From the human T2T-CHM13v2.0 reference genome, Homo sapiens: DNA of 64,000 nucleotides. The notes under the pieces were generated by a model. That model did no database searches. It was not told where the DNA came from and worked only from the letters and a program-made list of their open reading frames with translations. A program made the position numbers and the translations under genes. Positions 42,062-56,986 of this stretch are shown here, piece by piece. Every line of letters starts with the position of its first letter. Position 1 is the stretch's first letter. The DNA is taken from the NCBI RefSeq assembly GCF_009914755.1, contig NC_060929.1. One strand, written 5' to 3'.

Positions 42062-42222
42062 AGTAGTTCTCACCTTGACTCCATATTGCTATCATTTTGG
42101 AGGCTTTAATATGTACTAATGCCTAGATCGCAACCCCAGAGATTCTGATTTTTATCTACGTTAATGGAGTCAGGAGCTATATTTAGGTGATTATAATATG
42201 CTAGCAGTGTTGGGACTCATAT
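42062..42222. mobile_element. MER5A-like hAT MITE
   Basis: AGTAGTTCTCACCTTGACT...CCCCAGAGATTCTGATT...AGGTGATTATAATATGC...GTGTTGGGACTCA. Confidence 0.6.
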
Positions 42223-42732
42223 CATTAAAACGGGAATGGAAGAATTCATGCTTTATTGGACGAGTCTGTGTAAAATGGGTACAGAGGTGTCAACCACAGT
42301 GTACGTGACATAAAAATATATTTATTTTAAAGATGTCTTTATTTCACCTTTGTTCATGAAAGATAGAATTTCAGACTGACAGAAGTTTTCTCTGAGTACA
42401 AATAAGAGTATTTCATTTCCATCTGGACTCTAATGTTACAGATGAGAAGTCTGTTGTGTCTGTTCTCCACCAAATTATTGATCATTTGAGATACTGTGTG
42501 ATTTTCTTCTTTTTACCCTCTTTCTCTGGCTAATTTTAAGCTATCTTTCATTTTTTTTAATTCCTGAAGTTACACTAAAGTGTTTAGGTTTGGACTTATC
42601 TACTTTTATTTATCTTATTATGTAATGTTCTTCTGCAATCCAAAGACTAATATCTTTCTTCACCTCTGACAAAATTCTCCACAATTATCATTTTACCTAT
42701 CCCCCTAATTCTTAGATTTGTAAAAGTAAAGG

Positions 42733-43032
42733 GGCTGGCTCGGTGGCTCACACCTGTAATCCCAACACTTTGGGAGGCCGCGGTGGGTGGATCACGAGGT
42801 CAGGAGATCGAGACCATCCTGGCCAAAATGGTGAAACCCCATCTCTACTAAAAATAGAGAAAATTAGTCAGGCGTGGTGACGGGCGCCTGTAGTCCCAGC
42901 TACTCAGGAGGCTGAGGCAGGAGAATGGCGTGAACCCAGGAGGCGGAGCCTGAAGTGAGCCGAGATTGCGCCACTGCCCACCAGCCTGGGTGACAGAGCG
43001 AGACTCCATCTCAAAAAAAAAAAAAGAAAAAA
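42733..43032 (+). mobile_element. AluY
   Basis: GAGATCGAGACCATCCTGG and GAGAATGGCGTGAACCC diagnostics, many CpGs retained. TSD AAAAGTAAAG. Confidence 0.93.
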
Positions 43033-45405
43033 AAAAGTAAAGAACAAAAATTGCTGTTTCTTTTTTAAAAAATCAGCTGTCATGAGTACATCCTGTTGGT
43101 TGTTGCAACAATACATAATATGTGTTCTCTCATTTTGCCTTACTAAAACACTCCTAATTATTTCATGGTGATAATATGTCCAGTTAAAATATTTGGATTC
43201 AAGATATGTCTTCCTATGGGGAGTTGCCATGTGATGCAAGTTAAATAAGTGGATAATGTTGGCTGGAGAGTCCACTAAAGCTCATTCAAAGGAATAGAGA
43301 CTTATAGTTAGTTATACAGTACTGTACACCTAAAAAAATTGTCAAAGGTAGATATTATTTTATGTATTTTGACCATAATAAAAAAGGAACAAAAACTGAA
43401 AAGCTTGTCTTCTTTTCTGTTGACCTTTATTTACTTCTTCTTTCCTAGAAAAACAGTTTCAGTGATAGGAGGTGAAGGAAAAGCTAAACAGTAAAAGAGA
43501 AGGAATATGAAACATAAAGGAATTTTTCTCCTTCATTAGTTACCTTAAATAATCTACTTGTCCTTATTTTTCACATCCAGATTTCTTGTTTTGTGAAAAT
43601 AAATTTTTAAAAAACTATTATTTTGTTAAGCCACAAAAATTGAGTGTGTGTGTGTGTGTTTAGGCTTATAAGGGAGTTAAATTCAATCTAAATTTAATCC
43701 TGAAAAACATCTGGTTAATTGAACATATGTTCCTTTTGGTGTCAGTTTTAAACAAGGTAAATTATACAGGTTTGAATGAGAGGCCATAAGTGTTGTACAA
43801 TTATGGAAAACATAAAAAATGAATAGCCATTATTCCTTAGGTCAGAGATAGTAGAAAAGAGAATTCATAGGTTATTTTTAAAGTGGAAAAGATGATCATA
43901 AATTCCTTTTGTCTATTTTGCCATGCCCAGAATTTTTGACAATGTAACTGTAGTTTTCCCTATTATCCAATTTAAAATCAATAATAATCTTTATTTATAT
44001 TGTAGTTATACTTTTAACTTTCCACTCCAAACATATTAATGTATTTCACTTTTCTTAAGTTATTTAACACCTAGATGTCTACATTGCACACCAATCATCA
44101 TAGTTTGGACAATCTAGCCAGTAAGTCAGTGATATTCTATCACTCTGAATCCTTAATGAGGAGATAAGTTTCTATATTACAATTTTTTATAGTAACTTTC
44201 TGATGTAAGTTTACATGCATTTAAATTTATATTTTTTATATGAGTCAAATACATACAATTCTTTTCCCTTGAGTATCTATGTAAAAAAATACTTTGTAGT
44301 TAAGTTCCAAGCTTCTGTCTGAAAAGTGAAAACTTAAATCCTAAGGGATTCTTTACTTTGGGATTGAAAATAGAGATAAAAAAGCCCCAAGTATATTGTG
44401 AACAGTTTCCAAAACCCTGAACCATTCAGTGAACCTATGAACTTAACTTTTGTTCTCCCTTGATAGCCGGTGCTGTTTTGAGACCAATTTTTGTGGTTTC
44501 ATTTGGGTTCAGAGTCTAATTCTAATGCCAGTTGGTAAGAATGAAAAAATGAACGAAACCCTAGAGAAGTTTCCAAACCCACAGAGCTGAGCAAAGGGTA
44601 GGGAATTTATTTTGAGTTTCAGGTTTCCTAGCATTTCAAATGAAAGAAAACCAAAGGTAAAATGTAGTAGACATGACATTTGTGAACGAAAACCAATATA
44701 AAGTTTGCTTTAACTGATTCAGGGTGGTTGGAGTTACCTTCATCCTATCTGCAGAAGAGTCTGATTTTCTTCTGCTTTACCTGCTCTCCACAGGAATGGA
44801 AGGAAACGATGTTTCATTTAGCTACATTGAAAACCCAGACTTTAAAACAAAAGTTTAAATTTATCTCACTCTCATCTTTACTCATCAACATTTCCTTAAG
44901 TGTTATTAGTTTTCTATGCTCAAATCCTTTTTCTTTCTTCTCTGTTTCTTTCGTTGTCCTTTACCGTAAAATTTAAAATCTCTAAATAACTAATCTGTGA
45001 AATCTTACTATTTTTTCTAAAACACTAAACCCTTATTTTAAAGTAAACTAGAAAAATGTTACAGAGATCACTTGTTAATGTGTCTTACATAAAGTATGTC
45101 AAACATGCTTTTGTGAAGAAAATAAAGAGGCTTTCAGAAATTGACCTACTATAGACTAGCAGATTTTTATTAAAATAAACAAATTATTAAAGAAAATACC
45201 CCAGGTCAGATTAGCTTCTATGAGAACCCAAGAGAAATAAGATAATGAAGTACAACGATCAGTATTCTCTAACAACTGACACTCTCTTCCTGTAATTTTT
45301 AAACTATATATTATTTTGTTGTATTCTGTACATTCTTGTCTCCTCTATAAAGATCAGCACAGCTTATCACTCAGACACTGATTTTATATTCAATAAGTTG
45401 TCTTA

Positions 45406-45703
<298 letters not shown>

Positions 45704-47186
45704 AGTCTTAGACACTTTTGGATTAACCAGGCACATAGTATTTAATAAATACGAATCTTTTGAATATAGACACCTTCATTCAGATTACATTTATAATAAT
45801 TCTTACATTAAGCCAATGGCAAATTATATCTATATGTAAAAACAAATTACTTCTCTGCCTGAAATTTTCTGTCAAAAATATTTTTCTGAGCTTTTTGTAG
45901 CCCCAAAATAAGGATTTTTTTTTTCATTAGAACTTTGTAATTTTTTTCATTTGTGGTCCACATTGACTCACCAATTTAAGAAATAGTAGTTATGAATATC
46001 TCAGTGGAAGTTTCGATTGTTGTGCTGGCTTTCCGAGGGACAACATTTTCTTCAGAAAATGTTATAATTATACAATATCTCACTTTGTTTCTCCCTCTAG
46101 CTGTTGCCTGGAAATTTGGCTTGTCTTTGAGGTCTGTCAAATCAAAATCACTAACACAGTTTGCTTTTTAATTGTTTTTTAAATTTAAAGGTCAGCTTGG
46201 CTGTTCAAGCCATGTCTTATTGTATATTCCCCACTGAAAAAAATAAGCTGAAGATAATATCAAATGACATTTTTAAACTTTGCAAAGTACACAGGTATTT
46301 TACATAAAATACACAAGTTCCAAATGCTAACAATGAAATACTGAAATCAAGAAAATTATTTAAAGAAACTCCAGCATATTTACATCTTTTATGTCTACGA
46401 TCCACTCACTTTCAGAGTTTTCAAAGACTGAATTGAGCCTTATTTCTAAATCAGCACAATTAGCATATTTGTTCCTTAAAGTTTGTATGTCTTTTAAATA
46501 TTTAATCTTGCTTATTATATCAGAATTGAATAAAAACTTATACAAATGTTGAAAAGATTTCTATATCCATTTTAAAACACTTGTGAAAGTCAGGCAAACC
46601 TGGCCATTTCAAACATATTACAATTTCATAATGGGCACAAAAAGCTATGTAGAAGGCACTATGATTATTTTATTGAAGGGAAGTTTATAATTGAAAGTAG
46701 AAGTGTACAAGACTGCCCCAATCACCTAATGTCTGTTTTCTAGTCATCAATTGAACTGAAAGATAGAGGTAAGCTGTCAAATTCACTAGCAGTTTTAAAG
46801 AAATGTGTTTTCTGTTCAATTCCAGGCTGCGAATTAAAGCACATGAATGCGAGTTTTGCCACATTGTGCACGTGACTGATTTTAAAATGTCTGGATGCAA
46901 GAGATGTCACCTGGCAAATGGTCCTGACTGTCACAACAACTGATCTCAGAGCACTTGTCCTTCTTTACTGTTACCACAGTCCCAGCCTCTGATTCTCTAA
47001 TTCTAATTTCCACTAAGGAATGGCACCTTATTTTTTGACAGTTTTTTTAAAGTAGTGTACTGGTCCTGGCATTTTTTAAAAATCTTTTCTTCAAACTTAT
47101 TTTTAAAAAGCTGCAGGAAAAATACAAAATGATCCTGTATATCCTTTACCACCCACATACCCCCAATTTTAACATATTTTAACATA

Positions 47187-48022
47187 CAGGAAGTCCTCAC
47201 TTAAGATTTTCAATAGGTTCTTGGAAACTGTGACTTTATTTGAAACAGCTTATAAGGAGACCAATTTTACCATAGGCTAGTTGATTAGCTAACAAAGGTT
47301 AAGTTCCTATGACATACTTTCAGTCACAAAAACATCACCAAGCTTCTCAGTAAGAGAACTAAAACACTTCTAATATGAAACATTGAAATAAATGTTAGCT
47401 ACACACATTTAAGAAAGATTAATAAAAACAAATAAGAATTATTTTCTGAATTTTGGGGGAATCAGTGAGTATCATGGCAGTGGTAGGTTAGATTAAGGAA
47501 TAAATACTTGCAAAATGAAAATTGTTAGAAGTCCCTCCTCCTGCCAGGCAGTTCAGAAACAATCACAGAAATCACAGACTCCCTGAGCAATATTGTACTA
47601 CATCACTTACGACATGCATGTATATGATTGTCACCTACTTTACAAATGTTTATTTCACAATAATTTGTATTCATTCATGCATTTTCCAACTCGATTATTC
47701 CAGTTCATAGTGGCACTGCTCAGGGTGCAAGGATGAAACAGCCCTGGCCAAGATGCCACTCCACACCAGGGCACACTCACACCCACACTCACACTTACTC
47801 AGACTGAGACCATTGAGACATGTTCCATAGCTTAGACATAACCTAATGTGTCTAACAGCTTTGGGATGTGGGTGGAAACCAGAGTACCCAGAGAAAGCCC
47901 ACACAGACATGCAGAGAATGTGCAAACTCCACACAGACAATGACCTTCCCCAAGCGGAATTGATTTTTTCTCAACGTTGTAACTAAAGGACGTCCAACAA
48001 AACATTATTCAAGTACTTGTTG
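47187..48022 (-). mobile_element. MER6 (TcMar-Tigger non-autonomous), near complete
   Basis: TA|CAGGAAGTCCTCACTTAA ... TTATTCAAGTACTTGTTG|TA. Contains TTTGGGATGTGGGTGGAAACCAGAGTACCCAGAGAAAGCCCAC...GTGCAAACTCCACACAGACA. Confidence 0.9.
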
Positions 48023-48139
48023 TATATGTTTTACACACACTCATTTATGTACGTGTGTGTGTAATATATGTGTATATTGGTAGTTGATATTAATTTTATT
48101 TTGATATTTTATTATTTATATTCTATACATATGATATAT

Positions 48140-49420
48140 GTGTATATTTTACCCGCAACCATTGGACAATAATCTGCAGACATGATGCTCCATTAATCCT
48201 AAATACTTCCATTTGCATTTTCAAAGGATCAAGGACATTCTCTTACATAATTCAGTACTATTATAAAAATCAGATAATTAAATTTATATAATTCTATAAC
48301 TGGCAGTCATATTTTAGATTTTATCCACTTTCCAATTACGTCCTTCATAGCAAAATAAAATCCCAAGTGGTGCATTGCATCCAGTTTTCATAATTCTTTA
48401 GACTCCCTGAATCTGAAACAGATTTACAGTCCTGCATCTCAGTATACTGATATTTTTGAAGAGGACAGGACAGTTATTTTGTGTAGTGTTTCTCAATTTG
48501 GGCTTCACTTCTGTTTTCTCATAAAAAGGTTATGCAGTTTTGACCAGAATACCCTGGGTGTGAAGTTATGGTCTTAGTGCACAGTATCAGTAGAGTATGA
48601 GGCTGATTTTTCCCATTATTGGTAAATATTAATTCAGATCCCTTAGTAGGGTGGTTTTCTTTCTGCAATGTTTCTAAATGGTACACTGAACTTTTCTCTT
48701 TATAATGAATAAATATCATATTTGAAAACTTTTGAGACCGTATAAATAACCCTCAACTATCAAACTTCCACCTGCTGATTTTACCATCTATTGATAATTC
48801 CTGCTTGAATCAATAATGATGATTGTTGCCAGCATAATGTGATTATTCTTTCTACATTTACTACTTGGACTTCTACTACAAGGAATAACTTTCCTATTTA
48901 TTTATTCATTTATTTGCTTATTAGTTTATTTATTAATAATTGACTAATGAAAAGTAGATTACTAAATAATACAGGTACTTTTTTGCAATTTACTTTTTTC
49001 ACTTAAAATATATTTTGGAACTCACTCCAAGCCTGTTCATAGAACCCTTTATCATTCTTTTTGATAACTATTGTAGCTCCTCATTGTGAGGATGAGTTAT
49101 AATTTATTCAAACACTTTCCTATGTATGGCCATATTGATTATTTTCAATATTTTTCAGTTACAAACAATACAGCATTAAATGACATACTATTTTCATGTT
49201 TTTTCATACTGCCACAGATGTATCTGCAGGGTAAATTCCTAGAAGTAAGAGGTAAGTGCATGCATAATTGTGTTATGTATTATCACAGCCTATTTTATAA
49301 GGGGCCTCACCAACAGACTGTGTTGTTATAATTTTTAATTTTGCCAGTCTCATAGATAAAATGGTATCTGAGTGTAGTTTTAATTTGTAATTCTCTGTTC
49401 TGAGGTTGAACATCTTTTCA
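48140..49420 (-). mobile_element. L1MC/L1ME 3' fragments (the L1MC also occupies ~47090-47185 and was split by MER6)
   Basis: GCAGACATGATGCTCCATTAATCCTAAATACTTC...CAAGGACATTCTCTTACATAA and TTACAAACAATACAGCATTAAATGACAT. Confidence 0.65.
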
Positions 49421-49439
49421 TAATACAGCACAAAATATA

Positions 49440-49780
49440 TAATCTACAATTGTACTCATAAACATAATGTCAAATCTCAAAACACCTTTGAAAGTAAGAA
49501 ATCAGGCATAAAATAATACATTCTGTATTATTCCATTTGCATATATTTCAAAATGTGTCAAAACTAATCTATGCTATTACAAGTCAGGATAGCAGTTATC
49601 CTTGTCAGACAGCAGTGACCGCAATGGATAATGATAGGTATTTTTGAGATACCATAAACATCCTGATTCTTGAACTAGGTGCTTGTTACATAAACATGTT
49701 TAAATTATGAAAATTTCTTGAGCTGAACAATTATGGTATGCACACTTTTCTGTATATTTATTTCAATTACTTAAAAAATT
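49440..49780 (+). mobile_element. L1ME-like 3' end
   Basis: AAAACTAATCTATGCTATTACAAGTCAGGATAGCAGTTATCCTTG...ATGCACACTTTTCTGTAT. Confidence 0.7.
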
Positions 49781-50052
49781 GTGTTTAAGATTTAAATAGT
49801 TACCAGATACAAAGTTGAATATGTTATCAAATGTGAAAAAAAAATGACAGGTCTTTTCTTATTATTCGAATGTAGAATAGATTGATTTTTTTTACAGTTG
49901 ACTACTATTCTAATTTATTTCTTCTTCACAATAACACAGAGGAGTATTGCCTTATGGTTTGTACTAATGGACTTCTAAGACTAAGGTTTTTTTGTGGGAT
50001 TTAGGTATTTATATCTTGCATTGCTTCCTGAGATCAGACGATTAGGATTGCC

Positions 50053-50363
50053 GGCCAGACGCGATAGCTCACGCCTGTAATCCCAGCACTTTGGGAGGCT
50101 GAGGCGGGTGGATTACTTGAGGTCAGGAGTTCGAGACCAGCCTGGCCAAATGGTGAAACCTTGCCTTTAGTAAAAATAACAAAAAATTAGCCAGGCATGG
50201 TGGCGCGTGTCTGTAATCCCAGCTATTCAGAGGCTGAAGTGAGAGAATCGCTTGAACCCAGGAGGCGGAGGTTTCAGTGAGCCAAGATGGCGCATTGCGC
50301 TCCAGCCTGGAAGACAGAGCGAGAGTCTGTCTCAAAGAAAAAAAAAGAAAGAAGAAGAAGAAG
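50053..50363 (+). mobile_element. Alu (AluSx/Sz) with (GAA)n tail
   Basis: Full dimer starting GGCCAGACGCGATAGCTCACGCCTGTAATCCC. Confidence 0.95.
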
Positions 50364-52909
50364 ATTCAAGTTGCCAATGCTATTGTCATCAACCATGGAA
50401 AGCACCAAGGACAATCTGAAATGCAATAATTTATGAAGGCAAGTTAACTCAGAGAAATTACCAACATAAGATAAACAGATAGTTTTGTTGCTCCTCTTAG
50501 GATTTGTTGCTCAAATCCAAATCCAAGTTATTGTTTTATTTCTAATTATTTCACTGGATAAAAAGAGAATAAAAGTTGTAAATGGATTTCCCTTTCCCCA
50601 TCTCTTGCAGAAACATCTATTTGTGTGTCTGTCTGTGTGTGCGTGCTTTCAAGCTCTTAGTCTTATGCAAATAGAAGTACCTGCTAATTGATGGGGAAGC
50701 CTGGTGTACACGCAAGCACAAAAATGTGTATGCCTTCATACTACTCAGAACAATATTCTCCAGATGTCTGTTATCTGAGTGCCATCTTCAGGACTTTGGC
50801 CATATCTAAGAGCCTGCTCTACTACATTAAAGGTATTAGTTACCTAATATTTCTATTTAAATAAATTCACTTTAAATATATTGAAAAGGAAATTTTATGT
50901 AATTATAATGAAAAATATTACTTAAAATAGGAGGTGCTATAAAACAAGTGTAATTTAAAAAAACACAACATTATTAAAGCCTCTAAACCAAAGACTGACT
51001 CTCCTGATACAAAATAGTGTAGAATTATGAAACTCTACACTAAAATTAAATTTAGACTTTTCCCTTGAAAGGCTTCAAATAAAGATAAAATAAAATGATC
51101 ACAATTTAATTCACCTTTATTGAATAGTAGCTCTGAACAAGGCCTAAAATCTTTACTCCCTTCACTGTTGTGGGTCCCACACTTTGTGGGAGCTCTTCCC
51201 TAACATGACTTCCAGGGTCCATGTGCACTGGAACTCTTCTTTACCAGCATGCCTTCCAACCTGTTATTTCATTGTGATCTTCAATTTTTATTTGTCTTTG
51301 AATACCTGGGTTTCTGCCTATTGTAGATCCACTGCTTAGCCTTTTTCCTAAGCTTCAGTGAATCCCTGGCTCTTCTAATCCTAGCTTCTCTTTTCTGCTT
51401 CTGTGCCCAGTAGCTGCTGCCCAAAGTCCTTAAGCTGAAGGTTTGGCTTGATATCTGAAAGCTACTTTCTTGGAACTGAATTCCCAAAAAGTACAAGGGA
51501 ACAAAAGATAGGCTTCTCGAATATATGCATAACACGCATGAGGGTGAGATTTTGTTTTGAAAGAGTTGTTAGCCTTGAACATTTGCAAGCTTTACTTTTG
51601 CTTCTATCTTCCTAGCCCATTGGCCTCGAGAGCAAGTAGAATTTTGGATAAAGTAAAGATAAAAGAAGGGTCATGTATAATTCTTAGGATCAGACAAGAA
51701 TAACAGTAGGTAGCTATCATTTCATGCTTCACTTTAACTTTCTCTATGGGGAAGATCAGAATATGCTCCTTTGGTGTGTAGCCCTGAGTCCAGCAGAGCA
51801 GGGTCAACAGCAATAAGCAGTGAACGCTCTGTTGTTGGCAACATGCCTGTCAGCATTACTGAGAGGAATTCAGTCATCACAAATTATTACTTAAGGGGAA
51901 AAGAAGAAAATAGAATTCTCATTCCCAATCTCAAACTGCTAAGAGAGTGCAGTGAAAAGAAGAAAATACTAGATCAAGTAACATGGACAGTATTGCAATT
52001 TGAAGAAAGCCAACATTTTCTGAAGCTCAGTCAATTCAAGAATATGCTCACAAGGGGTATCAATATGCACAAGCTGCTTTCATAACCCAAATGCTTTTAT
52101 GGATGAATGATATATTTTAGTAATGACAAATGTATGGAACATTGCCTTTTCCCATATAAAATTTCCCAACACTGTGATTTATTAGACCCTGTCGAACTGT
52201 AATTGGAGACCTTTTCATAATGTATCCAAAAACTACACAAATGCAAAGCAGGGTGAAGTCCATTGAAAAAAAATATATTATTCTGTATGTAACATATACA
52301 ATATGACAATTTAGGGAAGAAAAATACAAAAAATTACAGCATGTAATTAATATAGTGTATCCCAAAGGCAACCGTTACAAAAAGGTTTTAAAAGCCAACA
52401 TGGAATAGGTATTTCTTACACCTTTATTCCTTGGCTTTCAGAAGCTGGGGCTGTTAGTGGGCAATGCCATGTATGAGGTACAGGCTTGCTCTACTTTTGA
52501 AAGGAAAACTATTTATGTTCCCAAAATATTAAAGCTATGTTTTTCTTTTTTCTAGTACTTCACTGAGTTTAATTTATTAAATAAAATATTATATCAGAAA
52601 TTATTAAAAATCCTATAAAAAGAAAGTAAGTCAAGCAAAACAAAGTAAATTTAAAAGTCCTCACACTGTCCCACTATACAGAGAGAGGCTCTACTGGCCT
52701 ATCTATCTATTTATCCCTCATCCATTCCAAAAATTTATTATATTTTTGAAATACTACTTTTTTAATCCTAAAATTGTCCCATTCCCAAAAGTTACATGCT
52801 CATACTTCATGGAGCTTTTCTTGCAGAACTATCTTTTACTTCTTAAAGTTCAAACACACTGGGAAGAAAGAGGATCAAGAAGAGAGGATGCTTCACTGGC
52901 TAAAAATGT

Positions 52910-53330
52910 CTAGAGATGGGAGAGATAGGCATGAATCATAAGTCAATAAAGCCTGGGCTCACTCTCTGGCAGTGTCCTGACAGGGAGTCAAGATATTTTC
53001 TGGAAACAAGGCTGCTTCATGCACCAGAGGGCCAGCCTCTACATTCAGGACTACAACCTAAGATTCTCACTGCCCAAGTGAGAAAAATAACAGATTGTGG
53101 AGGCCAGGCCATAGCCAGTCCATAGACAGCCACACATTGCCTGTGAGCAGAGGTGGCTCTCTGAAACTCTGGTGTAGCCTCCGGAAGCAAAAGAGCATAA
53201 CTGAACACTAAGACTGAATTTTCCACAAGTCCCCATGAAATGAGGTTTTGAAGTCAAAATTAAGCTGATTTATAGAGAATGAAGCACTGCTATCTCTAAG
53301 TCAATATTCCTTGCATAACTGTTTGTGTTG
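52910..53330 (+). mobile_element. Possible ancient LTR remnant (LTR78-like)
   Basis: GC-richer island ending GACTGAATT...GAAATGAGGTTTTGAAGTCAAAATTAAGCTGATTTATAGAGAATGAAG. Recalled resemblance only. Confidence 0.35.
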
Positions 53331-54216
53331 TGGGAATTTTATTCTAAATAGCTTATTTCTCCATATATTTATTTAGTTAGTTTATATTAAACATCCATTA
53401 TGTGCAAAACATTTTACTAAGCATAAGGCAAAAAGAAAATTTGGACAATTCCATTATTCTGAAAATATTTCCAGTTTAATAAAGAAAGATATAGAGATTT
53501 TTTATGGCAAAATAGTAATTTGTTTTATATTTATTCAATAATTTATTTAGTCAACTTAATATTGGCTTACCATTTAGAAAACTTCAAACTTTTCTCTCAT
53601 GTAAAATACCTCAAATTAATGTATATTTTACAAATACTCAGTCAGAATAAAGGATGTTCATTTATGAAACATGGTGGATCCTCTAACCTTTATTTTCCCA
53701 GGAAATCTATCAAGAATTCCTTATCCCTTCATTTCCACTGGATCATTTCCATCAAGTATATATTTTAATGTTCACACCTCTTCTGTCTTAAAACAAATGA
53801 AAATAAACACACAATCTCCTTTCTCAATCCCATTTCAACTACACAATATCTTCCTTTCCATTTAATATTGCTTCTATAATCAATGCATCAATTTTCACAC
53901 CTCTAGTCATTTCTTAACTCATTCCAATATGACTGTCCTCTTCTTCACACTATTAAAGCAGCAGCATCATTCTAGCTCACCGAATCCATCAATCTTTGTC
54001 TTCAGACTTTGTTGTGAACATTGGTTATGTTTTGCTCTTTGAGACTCCCTCCTTTGGCCTTTTGCTTCTTATTTATCAGAACTTCTGGTTTTCCTTTGAT
54101 CCCTGTGTTTTTCTTAGTTTCTGCTGTAGAATCATTCGTTACTGTTTATGATGGACTCCTCAAGGAATTCAAAATAGGCCTCCTTTCCTGTTATTTTTTT
54201 CTTCGCTCACTCTTTT

Positions 54217-55507
54217 TGAGGGGACTACAAAAGTTTCATGGAAAATTGAAATTAAAAGATAAAAATAAAATATGTACACTTTATTTCTCAACATAAGATC
54301 CATTAAGTTGAAGACACTTTTTAAAGTGATGATACTGGCAATGCAGTTCCTCTTTAAGAACTGACAAGGTCCCGGGACTCTAACCATGTCAACTGAGTCT
54401 TTTTTACATTATTAACTGAAGAAAACGATGCCACTTACAGTTGTTGTTGTTGTTGTTGTGTTAAGATTAAAAAACAAAAAGAAGTCAGAAGTAGCAGCTA
54501 AATCTGGACTGTAATGTGGATGCCTAATAATTTCCTATGGAAACTCTCACAAAATTATCCTTATTTGATGAGAGGCATGAGCATGGGCATTTTCATGGTG
54601 GAGAAAGACTCTGGTAAAGTTTTCCCTGGCGTTTTTCTACTGAAGCCTTGACTAACTTTTTCAAAACACTCTCAAAATAAGCAGATGTTATTACTCTTTC
54701 TTCCTCCAGGAAAGCAAAATGCCTTGAGCCTCCTAAACTATTGCCATGACCTTTGCTCTTGACTGGTTCACTTTTCCTTTCTGGACTACTTCCAACTCTT
54801 TGTAGCCCTTGTTATGATTCTGCTTTGTCTTCAGGATTGTACTGGTAAAGCTATGTTTCCTCTCCTGCTAGAATTATTTGAAGAAATGCTTCAGGATCCT
54901 GATCCCTGTTCTTTAAAACTTCCATTGAAAGTTCTGCTTTTATCTGTAGCTGATCTAGGAGTAATGGTTTTGGCACCCATTGAGCAGAAAGTTTGCTCCA
55001 TTTCAAGTTTTCAGTCAGAATTGTGTAACCTGAACCAATGGAGATGTCTATGATGTTGGCTATTGTTTCTACTGTTAGTCATAAGTCCTCTTCAATTAGA
55101 CACGAACAAGTTTAATTTTTTTTCTTTACAAATTGATGTGGATGTTCTGCTGCTGTGGGCTTTAACACCATCTCTTCCCTTCTTAAAATGAGTGATCCAA
55201 TTGTAAACTGCTTATTTCTTTGCAGCATTGTCCCCCTAAACTTCTTGTAAAGCATCAATTATTTCACCTTTCTTCCACCCAAGTTTTACCATACACTTGA
55301 TGTTTGCTGCTTCAAACTTAGCAGAATTCATGTAGCTCAGATAGGGGTTCTTTTCAAACTAATGTCTTATCTTTCTTAGTGCCTCAAATTTGATCCTGTC
55401 TAGATATAACAAGTTAGTACAGGTTTATTTTGTTACAAATATTTTTAAATTCATGCATAGTATTTTTAATCATACACATTTTCCATGAACTTTTTGAAGA
55501 CCCTTTG
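54217..55507 (-). mobile_element. Full-length Hsmar2 mariner DNA transposon (defective transposase)
   Basis: TIRs TGAGGGGACTACAAAAGTTTCATGGAAAAT / ATTTTCCATGAACTTTTTGAAGACCCTTTG|TA, 1291 bp. Minus frame from 55331 reads MNSAKFEAANIKCMVKLGWKKGEIIDALQEV*. WVPK motif at ~54968-54979. Confidence 0.93.
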
Positions 55508-56294
55508 TATTTTCAAGAAAATCTCATTCGTGTTTATAACTTCAATAATTATTAAATATCCAGGAAACATATATTTACATCTCCACTATGGATCTGTCCT
55601 CTGACTTCTAGCCCTACATACTAAGTGACTTAGCAATATAGTCACTTATAAATCTCAGAAGGAACTCCTCTACAACAGCTACAAAACTTACCTCTTTATC
55701 TTCCTTCCCAAACAGTGTACTAAAATCCTGCCCTCAGCCATAATTCTCCTGTTTTTCTGATTGGTACCCTGTTTCTATTCATTATTTCAGCAAGCCTTGG
55801 AGTCCCTCTTAAAGAATCTCTCTCCCTCCTTTACCATGTCCAACCTATTATATGTTCTAAAGATTTCATATATATCACTTGAGTTCATTAATTTCTCCCC
55901 ATCTATATGCACTGCTTGATATAAGCCACAGTTTTCTCTTACAGACAGGACAGGATTCACCTCCTAACTGGTTTACTACAATCTTTTCTTGACTCTTTCT
56001 AATCTGTTTTTTACACTGTAGCTGGAGGGACATTTTCAAAAGACAAGTCAAATTCTGCTACTCACTGCTAAGTCTGTTCACTGGATTTCTATTGTTTTTG
56101 GATAATATCAATATCCATAAAATGGCTTGCCAGGGTTCCACCCTGCTTACCATTCCAGCCTCATCTTGTTTCCTTGACCCTCTACTTCTCTACCATATAA
56201 TGCAGATCATATTTCAATTTCTTGAATAGATTGTGTCTTTGCCAATCCTGGGTTTTACATGTGCTGTTCCTTTTTCCAAACTCTCTTTGCCTAG

Positions 56295-56603
<309 letters not shown>

Positions 56604-56675
56604 TCAATTTTGTTTTTTAAATATCAGTGGAAATGTTATGTTCTCAGGGGCAGTAATACTGAAAAGAAGTAAGGA

Positions 56676-56986
<311 letters not shown>

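Noticed and set aside
46217-46934. Cluster of short minus-strand ORFs in unique sequence
   Set aside because: No recognisable homology or convincing splice structure, and lengths are at chance level.
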